From assembly GCA_023231475.1 (NCBI GenBank), contig JALJEE010002408.1, forward strand, positions 1-64,000: a DNA stretch of 64,000 nucleotides, given 5' to 3'. Of the stretch, positions 53,777 through 64,000 are shown in pieces (positions within the stretch are counted from its first letter, which is position 1; each line of letters begins with the position of its first letter). A program made the translations under genes and the position numbers. Source of the DNA: Seison nebaliae. Taxonomy: Eukaryota. Below the pieces are notes generated by a model, which worked only from the letters and a program-made list of their open reading frames with translations, did no database searches and was not told the DNA's origin.

Positions 53777-55255
53777 ATGACAAAAAAGATACAAGATTTA
53801 CTTCCAAAATCAAATATCACTTCTCTAACAACAGCAACAACAACAATAACTAGTACTATAACAGCATCGAAATCGAAAGATGATCAAAAGGATGATGTTG
53901 AAGGATTGGAATTGTCGGTGTCATGTGATATTGATTTGGGTTTGAATGATTTAAATAATTCTCATCCAGTAACTTCTCTTGTATTTCTAGAGGAGTTGAA
54001 TAGTCAGAATAGTAATTTATTTAAAAAAGAGAAAAATATTTCAGAGTTGAAATCAAAAGAAATAATTCCAATGATTAAATCAATTCCATTAACCAAATCA
54101 TCATCTAACATCATCACATCCAATACTACACCAATATCTTCAATCACTACAACTGCTACAGGATCTTTGACATCTGCCATCCCTTCTTCCACCATAACAT
54201 CGACAACAACGACGGTAGGAAGTCGAAAACGTCATATGGAATCGAGAGGGAAAACGAATGAATCAAATTCACATAATGATCAACCGAAAACGAAATGTTT
54301 GTCAATTGGATCGATAATGGATTCTGGTGGAGTTGATTCATTTCCCACCGAAGTCTTTCCTCCAATTAATTCATTTCCAACTGAACAATATGTACTTGAC
54401 AGTTATGATCCACGAGTACCACCACCACCAATTCCTGCATCATTAACCGGTTCACAACCTGAACAAGAATTGATAGCCAAATTAACAACGCCGAGACATC
54501 ATCCAGATACTAGGAAATTACCCATGCCGACAGAAACACTTGCGCCACCTCCAATCATCATGTCAACTAATAATTTTTTGAGTAAAACGACCGTCTATCC
54601 TTCTGCTAATCCTTATCATCATTCTGAAACTGTGCCTAATTCAAATATGATTAATAAAACTAATCTTATAAATCCAAACACTTTACTTTTAACTGGAAGT
54701 CAAAATCAGAATTGCACTTCTAATATTTTAAATTTACCTTATGGCCTTCAACCACAAATGACGTACGATCCAAACATATCAAATAAATCAGAGAGTCGTT
54801 TATGTGAATCATCTAATTGCTCATTCTCCGACTCATCAGTTTCATCGTCTGATTCTCATGGATCCAATTCATCAAATACTAAAACTCGATTGGTACATTT
54901 ACGTCGTTTGGTACGAACGGAATATGATCGATCTGGAATGATTATACGAGAAGAAATTCTTTATGAGACATCTCATAAGAAAGATAGGAAATTCGAACAG
55001 AAGAAAGAAGCTGCAATCAAAGACACAAAAGAAATGGTGAGAGTGAGAGATTATGAAAATAAATTGAAATCACAATTAGGAAAATCAGGAAGTCGTCGAT
55101 TGAGAATGGACGACGAAGCGACAACAAAAGATGATTCTCGACAAGTCTCAATGAAGAGGAACGACAATGAGAATTTTGATTTGAGGATCTTGTTGAATCA
55201 AAGTTATTATTCTTCCTCAGATAGTTCTCGAATTCCTTTAAGGAATTGTCAGTGA
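53777..55255 (+). CDS. Orphan low-complexity S/T/P/N-rich protein (492 aa; C-terminus may splice to an exon at ~55351-55460)
   Basis: Long ATG-initiated ORF in AT-rich DNA. No domain recognised; RKR is a possible NLS. Confidence 0.7.
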   Translation: MTKKIQDLLPKSNITSLTTATTTITSTITASKSKDDQKDDVEGLELSVSCDIDLGLNDLNNSHPVTSLVFLEELNSQNSNLFKKEKNISELKSKEIIPMIKSIPLTKSSSNIITSNTTPISSITTTATGSLTSAIPSSTITSTTTTVGSRKRHMESRGKTNESNSHNDQPKTKCLSIGSIMDSGGVDSFPTEVFPPINSFPTEQYVLDSYDPRVPPPPIPASLTGSQPEQELIAKLTTPRHHPDTRKLPMPTETLAPPPIIMSTNNFLSKTTVYPSANPYHHSETVPNSNMINKTNLINPNTLLLTGSQNQNCTSNILNLPYGLQPQMTYDPNISNKSESRLCESSNCSFSDSSVSSSDSHGSNSSNTKTRLVHLRRLVRTEYDRSGMIIREEILYETSHKKDRKFEQKKEAAIKDTKEMVRVRDYENKLKSQLGKSGSRRLRMDDEATTKDDSRQVSMKRNDNENFDLRILLNQSYYSSSDSSRIPLRNCQ

Positions 55256-56304
55256 CAATCTTCAAATTTCCCTTTTGGACTCTATAAATATTTTTTCTTT
55301 TCTTTTTCTCTCTTACATTCTTTTCCCTTCCTCCCCCCATTCACAATTAGAATCGGAACAATTAAACAACTCTCAAGAATCAAGACGGTCAACAATCAAT
55401 CGACATCGATGATGATTAGTGAGCACAGCCAACAGAGACAGCGAAGAATGAAATGACTTTAATTTAATGGAAATTTTTATTATTTGTTTCCATCGACCAA
55501 TCGTTCGATTTAAAGACAAACAAACATACGATATGATTAACAGATTGAAAAAAGAAAATTTTTCGAATAATCTAAATCATAAAACTTTTCTCGTTCTGTG
55601 AACTGAATCTGATTAATAATTTCACGTTTTGCTCGAGCTATCATCAAATTATCTTTATTATTCTCCTTCTCACCATTCTCATTCGGTGCTGATGAATTGA
55701 TGACTCGATAATTTCTCTCTTTTTATTATTCGTATTACATTAGCCAGTTGGACGAACGTGCGACGGAATGAAACAATAAATTTTCTATTTTTATAAAATC
55801 AATTCCCAAAGAAATTATTTCATTCATTCCTGCTTTTCTCTTACATGTAAAGTTAAAAATAAAATATTTGTATAGTTTATTTTCTCTTCTTATTCATCAA
55901 AATAATAATTGAATTTGCTTCTCTTCTTTTTTTTTTAATATTCTTATTTTAACTACTAGCTGTGAATTGGACGAATGGATGAAGTTCATTTTGTTTAACA
56001 AATAAAAAATCTCTTGTAAATATTTTTTCTTCGTTCCTCTCTTCACTCTAACCTCCATTAATCTATGTAATCATTCGACGATTGATGGAAGACGAAATGT
56101 CGATTGTGAGAAGTGAAAAATAAAGGAATTCTTCTTGGAATGAGCTCGAAAATCAGAATTGTTCATTACGTTATCATCATTTCTTTATGAACTAATTCAT
56201 TGAATTGTCATCGAAAAGTTTATTTTTTGAAGGAATAAATTCTCCATTTTATCAAAACACAAAATCGATTATTCACATTCATTCTTGCATATTATCTTCG
56301 CACG

Positions 56305-58063
56305 ATGGGAGAGAAGAGTCTTGTCGAAATAATAAGTTTTTTGAAATTTCTTTTATTTGTTAAATGAGACGAATGCGTTAAATAGATCGTGCAACTGATA
56401 CAAAAGATCAGTGGGATGCAATATTATGTATTAGCGATTTCGTCAATTCTTATCCTCAACGGTTTTCTTTTCATTCTTATGGAACTTTCTTTCGAGTTAT
56501 TGTAGTTCGGTGGAAGTGTTGAATATCATTCGAAAGAAGATGGGATCATTCAATGGGAAGAATTGGACAATCTTCAACAATTGTCTGAATTTGATCGAAG
56601 CGATGACTAATAATTGTGGTCCCGCATTTCACATTGTTCTCGACAATAAAGAATTCATGCATGAATTTACTAAATATATTCAACCGAAATATAAACCTCC
56701 ACTTGACATCCAAAACAGAATATTGAAATTTATTAAAGTTTTTTTTTATTTCAATTCTATCGATGTTATTATTTGAATAGTTATGGTCGATCGCTTTCCA
56801 AGCTAGACCCAATTTCAAACATATCGAAGACACTTATCAACAATTGTTAACTCGCGGAATTCCTTTTGATGAGATCACAACAAAAGATATTGAGCAAATT
56901 CCTAAAATTCCACCACCTTCATCAAAAAGGAGAACCGAACACAATAAACCAGTAACTCATGCAACTAATCGAGCTAATAATCAATCAATTGTTAATATTT
57001 TTTATTTTCTCAATTCATCTCCATTTTGTATGAGACAGAGAATTAATGAAAATAATTCGAATACATTAAAATTGGATAGTAGCGAGTTAAAACGAATCGA
57101 TTCCGAATTGATTGTCACTCAAAACAATCTTGTCGTGTTTGATGGTTAGAATTGAAGATAGTTTGAAATATAATAATTATTTGTTGAAGAAATGCTAAGT
57201 GTAGGGAAGTCGATGAATAATAATCAAATGGGCTCATCTAATGATCAGTTAACGTCAAATGATTTGGATTTATTAACTGAATTACACATAACTCTCAAAG
57301 AAATGCAACGACGAATATCTCGTTTGTTACAACTCGAACTGACCGAGGAATTAACAGGTCTTTTTTTTCATCTCAATTTAATTCAAATTTAATTTATTTT
57401 CAATTTTCTCCATATTCAAAGGCAAATTATTGAAGTTGAATGATGACATTATTTCTTCCTTCAACTCATATGACAATTGGAAGAATCCAAATACTGGCAG
57501 TGCTAAACCTGTTGCAAAAAAATGTTCTAATTTCATTTCAAACGATCTTAAATCTTAATTTATTAATTTTTTTTAAAGGTGAGATAAAGCCGATTGTGAA
57601 TAGCAAAGGGGAAAAGGACGAGCAATTGATCGATATTTCATTAGATGATCAAAAACCACCAGGATTAGTTCGTAGTTTAAATGATTAATGATAATATATC
57701 ATATTTTCGATTTAGATTGACGACGAAAACGATTTGAAAGAAATGGAGAAATGGATGAAAGCAGAAGATCCAACTTATGATCCTGCAAGCAATGAATTTG
57801 ATGCATTTCTTAGAGAACGAACTCAAATGTTGAATAACAATAATACGAACTTGAATAATGTGAACAATGAAAAGAATGAATTGATTCCTAATATTTATTC
57901 TGAACTTGAGTTAGAATCTTTCAATACTACCACTACTACTACTACTACGACTACGAATACGACTACAAGTAATGCGAACACTATTAACAATGACGAGAGA
58001 ATATTAACTTCATCTGATGTGAAAGTGGAAATCGACGAATTATCATCAAATGTTAAATTATAA
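56305..58063 (+). CDS. TOM1: TOM1/TOM1L-like VHS-GAT endosomal adaptor, 9 exons
   Basis: Spliced product gives VHS (RATD...W.AIL.ISD.VN, NCGPAFH, YQQLLTRGIPF), GAT (LLTELHITLKEMQRRI..LL, LLKLNDDI) and a late EMEKWM...SNEFDAFL.ER motif typical of TOM1 proteins. Confidence 0.85.
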
Positions 58064-58292
58064 TTAATAAATTACTGACATTAAACAATTCCAACTTTCG
58101 GGAGGAGAGATGTCGTTAATTTTTATTCTTTGTTCTTACAAGATTCACCGACATACATTTCCAAACTTCCCAATACATAAGTTGAACTTCAAAGTTTTAT
58201 TTTACATTTCGCTTCTTATCCATTATTATTTTTTGTGAAATGGATGAAGTTCATTTTTACTTCTCCCACTAACTTTTCTAATAAACTCTTAT

Positions 58293-58701
58293 TTATTTCA
58301 ATAATTTCTGAAATTTTACACGTAATACCAATAAAGTAATGATTATGAGAATAATTAGGAGTAATAAAATCCCATTGATTGTTATCAGAACAATATTTAT
58401 GCGCGACCATTTCATTGAGTGGTCAAAGTTGAGAAAAGCTGGATTCTTCTCAAGGAAATAACTCACATTTGTCATACTATCATGATTGTAATGTTGGAAA
58501 TCTACCTTACTAGTGTAAATCTTAAAGAATAATTCTAAACCCATTAGATCTGATGCCTCCTTGATTATACTACGATTAACTTCAACAAGAACATCCAACT
58601 GAAAAGTATCCTGAAATTTCAAAAAATATTAGTTTCAAAATATCAAAGACTGAAAATCTCTTATCTTCAATCAAAACTTTAATATTTTCCACGATTTCCA
58701 T
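58293..58701 (-). CDS. Small single-pass membrane protein, orphan family copy B (~113 aa)
   Basis: Exon 1 58701-58678 (MEIVENIK), intron 58677-58611, exon 2 58610-58293. Confidence 0.78.
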
Positions 58702-59098
58702 TAGCTGTAGCGCAAAATATAATTTTCTAAATTTTCTAAAATTTTAATTTTAATTATTAAATAATTATTGTGCATTGTTCCGATCATAAGTTATAGATTT
58801 AGTTCTTGAGCATTTCCCTTCTCTGAATATTTGATTACTAATTTGATAATTACTGAGTATTTGATAGATGAGAATGTTGCGGTAAAAATAGATAAGAATT
58901 CCTCGCTAAATATTACAAGGAATTTGACTTAATCAAATAAATTTCATTAATCAAATCATTTGTATTAATCTAAATTGATTGTAATTCAATTCTAAGTTAG
59001 AATTTCTAATATATAAAATCATAAGAAATGAGGAAGAAAATTATAAAATTAAAACCAATCTTAAATTCTTCATTTCTATTCTGGAATCAATATCGAAC

Positions 59099-60026
59099 AT
59101 GAACTATTATCCGAACAATTTCGAGAATTATGAACAAATGTATGACTATGTTCAGAAATTATATACAAATCTCAACTATTATCAATTCGTGGGCGATCAA
59201 CCATCTACTGAAATATCTGGTAATCCATCAACAATTTTTACGGATCCATATGAATCAACGACAAATGTTGAAGAACAATTATCTTATGAATCACCAAAAA
59301 ATGTAACAAACGAAGAAGTTAACGTAGACATTAATCAAAATCAAAATTATGAATATTCTGAAATGCAACAAAATTGGTTACAATCATATAACAATTATTG
59401 GCAATCTTACTATTGGAACTATGATTCCGGCTACAATTACTCTGAAAATGGTTCTTTATTAACAAATTCGGCAGAAATAGAACAACAAGCAGTTAATAAT
59501 CAGACACGCAGTCAAACTACTCAATGGAATCAGAATGATAATTCGGGTGAAATTTCACACAATTCAACAAAGTCTATGGAATCAACTTCGACAACTGTAT
59601 CGTCATCAAATAACGATTTTGAGGAAAAGAAGACCGACGAGAATTCCGATGTTATTATGAAGAAAACGAAAAGAATGGCGAACAATAAAAGACTTCCTGA
59701 ACATGTTAGATTTAAATTTTACTTAAATAATTTTCATTCTTCATTTTTAGGCCAGAAAGATTTTAGAAGATTGGTGGAGAGTAGAAGGCGTAAAAGATCC
59801 TTATCCTTCGAGTGCCGTAAAAGAAGAATTAATGAAAAGGACGGGATTGCAAGAGAAGCAAGTGAATTATTGGATCAATAATGCTCGAAGACGAAGGAAG
59901 CATGCATTTACTCGAAGACAACGTCCAGTCAAAAGAAGTCGCGATGATGACGAAAATTATCAATCGCCACAATCCAAAAGAAGACCCGATTTAATTTATA
60001 CTTCTACTCCCAATCCCAAGAAATGA
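59099..60026 (+). CDS. Divergent TALE-class homeobox protein, 2 exons
   Basis: Intron 59705-59750 joins KRLPEH to ARKILEDWWRVEGVKDPYPSSAVKEELMKRTGLQEKQVNYWINNARRRR (PYP loop, NARRR helix 3). Confidence 0.9.
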
Positions 60027-60247
60027 TTTATTATTGTGCAATTTAATTTATACAACTTAACTTTTATCATTTATATTTATTATTGATGTTTTTCACTTTA
60101 AAACTATAAATTATTTATTATTAACTCTTCTTACTTTTGTTGTCGATATCTGAAATATTAATTTTTGAACTAAATTGTATTCGTGTAACTAAATTGTTAT
60201 TAAAAGTTTCCAGTTAATTTATTAATCTTAAATATGATATCGTATAA

Positions 60248-60645
60248 TTATTTCAATGATCGATAAAACTTCCATCTTAAGAGTAGTATTATCACTATTA
60301 ATGTCACAATCAAAATAATTAATGCGGAATTAATCGTTATTAGGATAATGTTCAATGTCGACCAATTGATCGATTGATCGAAATTAATGTAAGGTGGTTT
60401 TGTTTCTAAGAAACGGGTAATGTTCAACGTTTGTTGTTTCTGATGTTTTCCATTTGGAGTTTTGTATAGATAATCGTTTAACATCTGCAGGGCTAAAATG
60501 TTGATTGGTTGGTTGAGACCGTCAGTATCAATTTCGACAAACATATTCAAATCGAACATGTTCTATTACAGGGAGTTAACGATAATATATAATATTGATG
60601 ATATTGAAAAAAATGAAAAACTTTTATTTTCTCTGAAATATTCAT
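60248..60645 (-). CDS. Small single-pass membrane protein, orphan family copy C (~112 aa)
   Basis: Exon 1 60645-60622 (MNISEKIK), intron 60621-60563, exon 2 60562-60248. Confidence 0.78.
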
Positions 60646-61053
60646 TGGTGTTTTTGTACAATTTATAATTTATTGAAATTTGATCGATAACTAATAAACA
60701 AATTGTGAGGTTTGACATAGTTTGACAGTTAAAACAAAAAATTTTATTTATCGTTGTAATAATTTGTTTAATATTTCAGAGTTAACGTTATTCTAATTAG
60801 ATTGGTGTTACAATAATTCATATGAATAAATTTTGTTAAAGAAAAATAAATTTTTAATCACATTCCAAAATCGATTCTCCTAATCTCAATAAGTTTATTA
60901 CTTACAGTTTTTGAATTGAAATCAGCAATAAAGAATTCCATAGATTTTCATTCATATAAATAATTGTAAAATGGAGAATTAACTTTAAAATGAAAAAATA
61001 TTTTCTGTTCTAATTATTATCGAATTTCTGATTTAATCAATTAATTTGAATTA

Positions 61054-61920
61054 ATGTGGAAAATGTTAATAGTTTGTGTTATATTTTTCTTTCATATTAC
61101 GATTAATGGTCAAATTCATAAACGATATCGAAGAGATTTAGTTGCTTGTCCATTAAGAAAATTTTTCCAGCTTCCATCTGGTTCTTGTGTGTATTTGAAC
61201 ACAAGGAGAAAATCTACTTTCCTCAAAGCAAATCAGTTCTGTTATAAAAGAAGATCGTATTTGGCAAGAATGTTCTCCAACACCGCCGAAATTGAAGTTG
61301 CTCAATTCATTTTGAATAAAATAGAAAACAGAAGTTTAGAGGTTTGGGTAAATCTGATAAACTACGGTGGTTTCAATAATGTTCCAAATACTGGTAATTG
61401 GTCGTGGGGAGGCGTTGAAGAAGAATTGACTCCGAGATTAGAGAAAAGAATGACAGGTAGACGAAGTAAACTGTTCAATAAATCTCCTTCGCGTGGGAAA
61501 TCATGTGCCACATTGGTAGTATTAGGTAAAGAACAACGATTTTTTTATCGTCGCCGTCCTTGCTTACGACAATTTGGTCAACTTTGTAGTGTGGGTTATA
61601 TGACAGGACAGCGAAGAATTCGTAACGATCATTTTGAACATTGTCAATTTGAAATGAGAATCAAAGAAGAAAAATTTTTCTATAGTTTGCTGAAATACTT
61701 TTGTATTTATCTTTTCGTCATATCAATTGCAATTTTTGCATTTTGTGATATTTATTGTTGGAAAGTAACGAAAATGAAATATGCTCAAATGCAATTAGCA
61801 CATTCAAAACGAATACAATATCATGATAATGCGATGAAGAGACATCAATATCCAGTTATAGAAAAGTTTGATCATGAGATTTATTCGAAAAGTTTACCTA
61901 AAATGATGGATCCGTTATAA
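61054..61920 (+). CDS. Type I membrane protein with C-type-lectin-like domain
   Basis: Signal peptide, RYRR site, CP..F.....SCVY, A.QFC.....LA, VWVNL, WSW, C.TL, C....GQLC, then a TM helix. No EPN/QPD sugar-binding motif. Confidence 0.8.
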   Translation: MWKMLIVCVIFFFHITINGQIHKRYRRDLVACPLRKFFQLPSGSCVYLNTRRKSTFLKANQFCYKRRSYLARMFSNTAEIEVAQFILNKIENRSLEVWVNLINYGGFNNVPNTGNWSWGGVEEELTPRLEKRMTGRRSKLFNKSPSRGKSCATLVVLGKEQRFFYRRRPCLRQFGQLCSVGYMTGQRRIRNDHFEHCQFEMRIKEEKFFYSLLKYFCIYLFVISIAIFAFCDIYCWKVTKMKYAQMQLAHSKRIQYHDNAMKRHQYPVIEKFDHEIYSKSLPKMMDPL

Positions 61921-62168
61921 TTGGAAAACTAAACTAATGTTCAAAGAAGCGATAAATTAAAAAAATTGATGTAACGGAAAATTTTCTACGGTTTTTTCAT
62001 CTAAAAAAATTTTATATAAAAATTAAAATAATGTCTATTAACTAAAACTGTTTTCTCATAAGAGTACCAAATTAACTTATGAGGTTACATTCATCAACGA
62101 AATTAAGTTTTCCTGATATACTCTGATATATATATTACAATTTCCCTAATAGATATTTTACTTATACG

Positions 62169-63005
62169 ATGGTGGTTCTTAAGTTAACACTAATTTTAAT
62201 TGGAATGGTCATCTTGTCAGATGGGGTGAAATTTCCACGATTTTGTGGGAAGAATGAAGCGCAATCCCGAATTATTGGTGGTAGTCAATCTGCTGACGGA
62301 GCTTGGCCATGGATGGCTTCTTTACAATTAGGATATTCGCATTATTGTGGAGGAGCAATTATTCATAGTCGTCTCATTATAACGGCAGCTCATTGTATTG
62401 TTCCATTATCATCATATAATCTTCAGCGATTAAATGTAGTTGTGGGATCGGTCGATTTGAGAAGTAGTAGAGCAAGACGGATAAGAATTGCAGATATTCT
62501 CTATCATAGTGATTATGAAGATGAGATAAAGAAACATGATATCGCTCTCATTAAATTGGCAACAAGATTAACTTTGAAGAAAGAAGTTCGGAGTAATGGA
62601 CATGTTGTTCCCATTTGCTTACCGGCAATGAATCAAGGTTTCACTCGGAATGATGATTGTTTTGTGGTGGGATGGGGCACCACTAAATATGGTACTAATA
62701 ACGTCCAACGAATATTGAGAGAAGTAAATGTTCCAATTCTAACTGATTACACTTGTCAAAGGAAATATGGTGGTATTGTTCAAACGCATTTGCAATTGTG
62801 TGCAGGACATGATGGTGGAAATAAGGATTCTTGTCAAGGTGATTCTGGTGGTCCTTTATTATGTCGGGCAGAAGGTTTTGATGACAGGTGGTACTTAGCA
62901 GGAATCGTTTCATGGGGAAGGGATTGTGGAAATGGTGGTGTATATACCAAAGTTTCCAGTTATTTGAAATGGATTTTACAGTCGGCGAAGAATATGAAGG
63001 TATAA
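62169..63005 (+). CDS. Secreted trypsin-like serine protease (S1A)
   Basis: R|IIGG activation site, TAAHC, DIAL, DSCQGDSGGPL. Confidence 0.95.
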   Translation: MVVLKLTLILIGMVILSDGVKFPRFCGKNEAQSRIIGGSQSADGAWPWMASLQLGYSHYCGGAIIHSRLIITAAHCIVPLSSYNLQRLNVVVGSVDLRSSRARRIRIADILYHSDYEDEIKKHDIALIKLATRLTLKKEVRSNGHVVPICLPAMNQGFTRNDDCFVVGWGTTKYGTNNVQRILREVNVPILTDYTCQRKYGGIVQTHLQLCAGHDGGNKDSCQGDSGGPLLCRAEGFDDRWYLAGIVSWGRDCGNGGVYTKVSSYLKWILQSAKNMKV

Positions 63006-63148
63006 TTAAAAATTATTGTGTGTCTAATTCAATTTTCATTTTTAATTCTGTCCATCTTTTATTTGAATGAATGAAAACTTTTCCAATTCAAATTCTAATA
63101 TTTTTTAAAAAACCGTTAATAACTTATGGGTAACGGTGGAAGATAAAA

Positions 63149-63973
63149 ATGAGAAAAAGTAATTTAATTAAATATTATTGCATTATAAAACTATTTTTTG
63201 TCGTGGTTAATTCAACATGTGGGAAAAGTATGTATGATCCTCGAATAGTTGATGGAATGGAATCCAAACAAGGAACCTGGCCATGGATGGCTAGTATTAA
63301 ACGATTCGGTACACAATATTGTGGAGGAACAGTTGTTCATGAACGTTTAGTTATTACGGCAGCTCATTGCTTTAAAGGACGATATGACAAAAGTAGTTAT
63401 CGTGTCATTATCGGAACGAATGATATTAGTTCGTCAACGAAACGAATGATTTTCCGAATCGATGAAGTTATAATTCATGAAAATTATCCAGAATCTCGAT
63501 ATTATGATATTGCAGTGATAAAATTAAGTGGTCGAATTCCATTAGTCAAACAAATAAAATCGCATTATGATGTCATGCCGATATGTTTCGTTCCGATTTA
63601 TGTGGAATTTGTCTATGATAGTAAGTGTTATATTATGGGTTGGGGTGCAAAGAAATATGGACAATCACTTCAAGTGAAATTGCGAGAAGCCAGAGTGAAA
63701 ATAATGAATGATAAAGAGTGTAAACGAATTTATCCAAATGTCAACATGGAATATCAATTTTGTGGGGAACCTTCATGGTTAAAGGAGGATTCATGTCAAG
63801 GCGATTCAGGAGGTCCATTAATCTGTCGAAAAAGGAATACGAAGACTTGGTATTTTGTAGGAATAACGTCATATGGAAAGAAGTGTGGCATAGGAAGCGT
63901 TTACGTCAAAGTGTCGGCATTCATTTATTGGATTGAAAGTGTCTTAAGAAGATTGAAAATAACTTGGAGATGA
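63149..63973 (+). CDS. Secreted trypsin-like serine protease (S1A), tandem paralogue
   Basis: R|IVDG activation site, TAAHC, DIAV, DSCQGDSGGPL. Confidence 0.95.
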   Translation: MRKSNLIKYYCIIKLFFVVVNSTCGKSMYDPRIVDGMESKQGTWPWMASIKRFGTQYCGGTVVHERLVITAAHCFKGRYDKSSYRVIIGTNDISSSTKRMIFRIDEVIIHENYPESRYYDIAVIKLSGRIPLVKQIKSHYDVMPICFVPIYVEFVYDSKCYIMGWGAKKYGQSLQVKLREARVKIMNDKECKRIYPNVNMEYQFCGEPSWLKEDSCQGDSGGPLICRKRNTKTWYFVGITSYGKKCGIGSVYVKVSAFIYWIESVLRRLKITWR

Positions 63974-64000
63974 ATTTTTAAATATAATAAATGTACACAG

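Noticed and set aside
57925..57966. (ACT/ACG)n microsatellite
   Set aside because: Just a poly-Thr tract in the last TOM1 exon.

Overview
AT-rich, very compact animal (eukaryotic) DNA, not prokaryotic. Hunchback, Notch and a divergent TALE homeobox point to a protostome, probably a spiralian; the tiny introns and gene density would fit a small syndermatan/rotifer-like genome (inference only). The window starts with a decayed non-LTR (LINE) retrotransposon fragment. About 24 protein genes follow: aldolase, two rhodopsin-like GPCRs (one frameshifted), MDM1, MOB1, MTG1, ERGIC1, a TMEM249-like gene, hunchback, beta-tubulin, a ~3,400-aa multi-PAN/apple secreted protein, a CUB-TFPP-EGF protein, a PLAC8/cornifelin gene, a miniature intronless Notch, TOM1-like, a TALE homeobox, a C-type lectin, two trypsins and orphans. 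Many of these I spliced by hand from fragments in the ORF track. The most striking signals are: (1) 40 of 42 hand-reconstructed introns have GTT donors instead of GTRAG; (2) a family of three ~112-aa single-pass membrane proteins, unrecognised by me, shares an 8-codon first exon and intron position; (3) Notch, Hunchback and the TALE homeodomain all have reduced or altered architectures; (4) several inverted-repeat hairpins occur. No tRNA, rRNA or CRISPR array was recognised.
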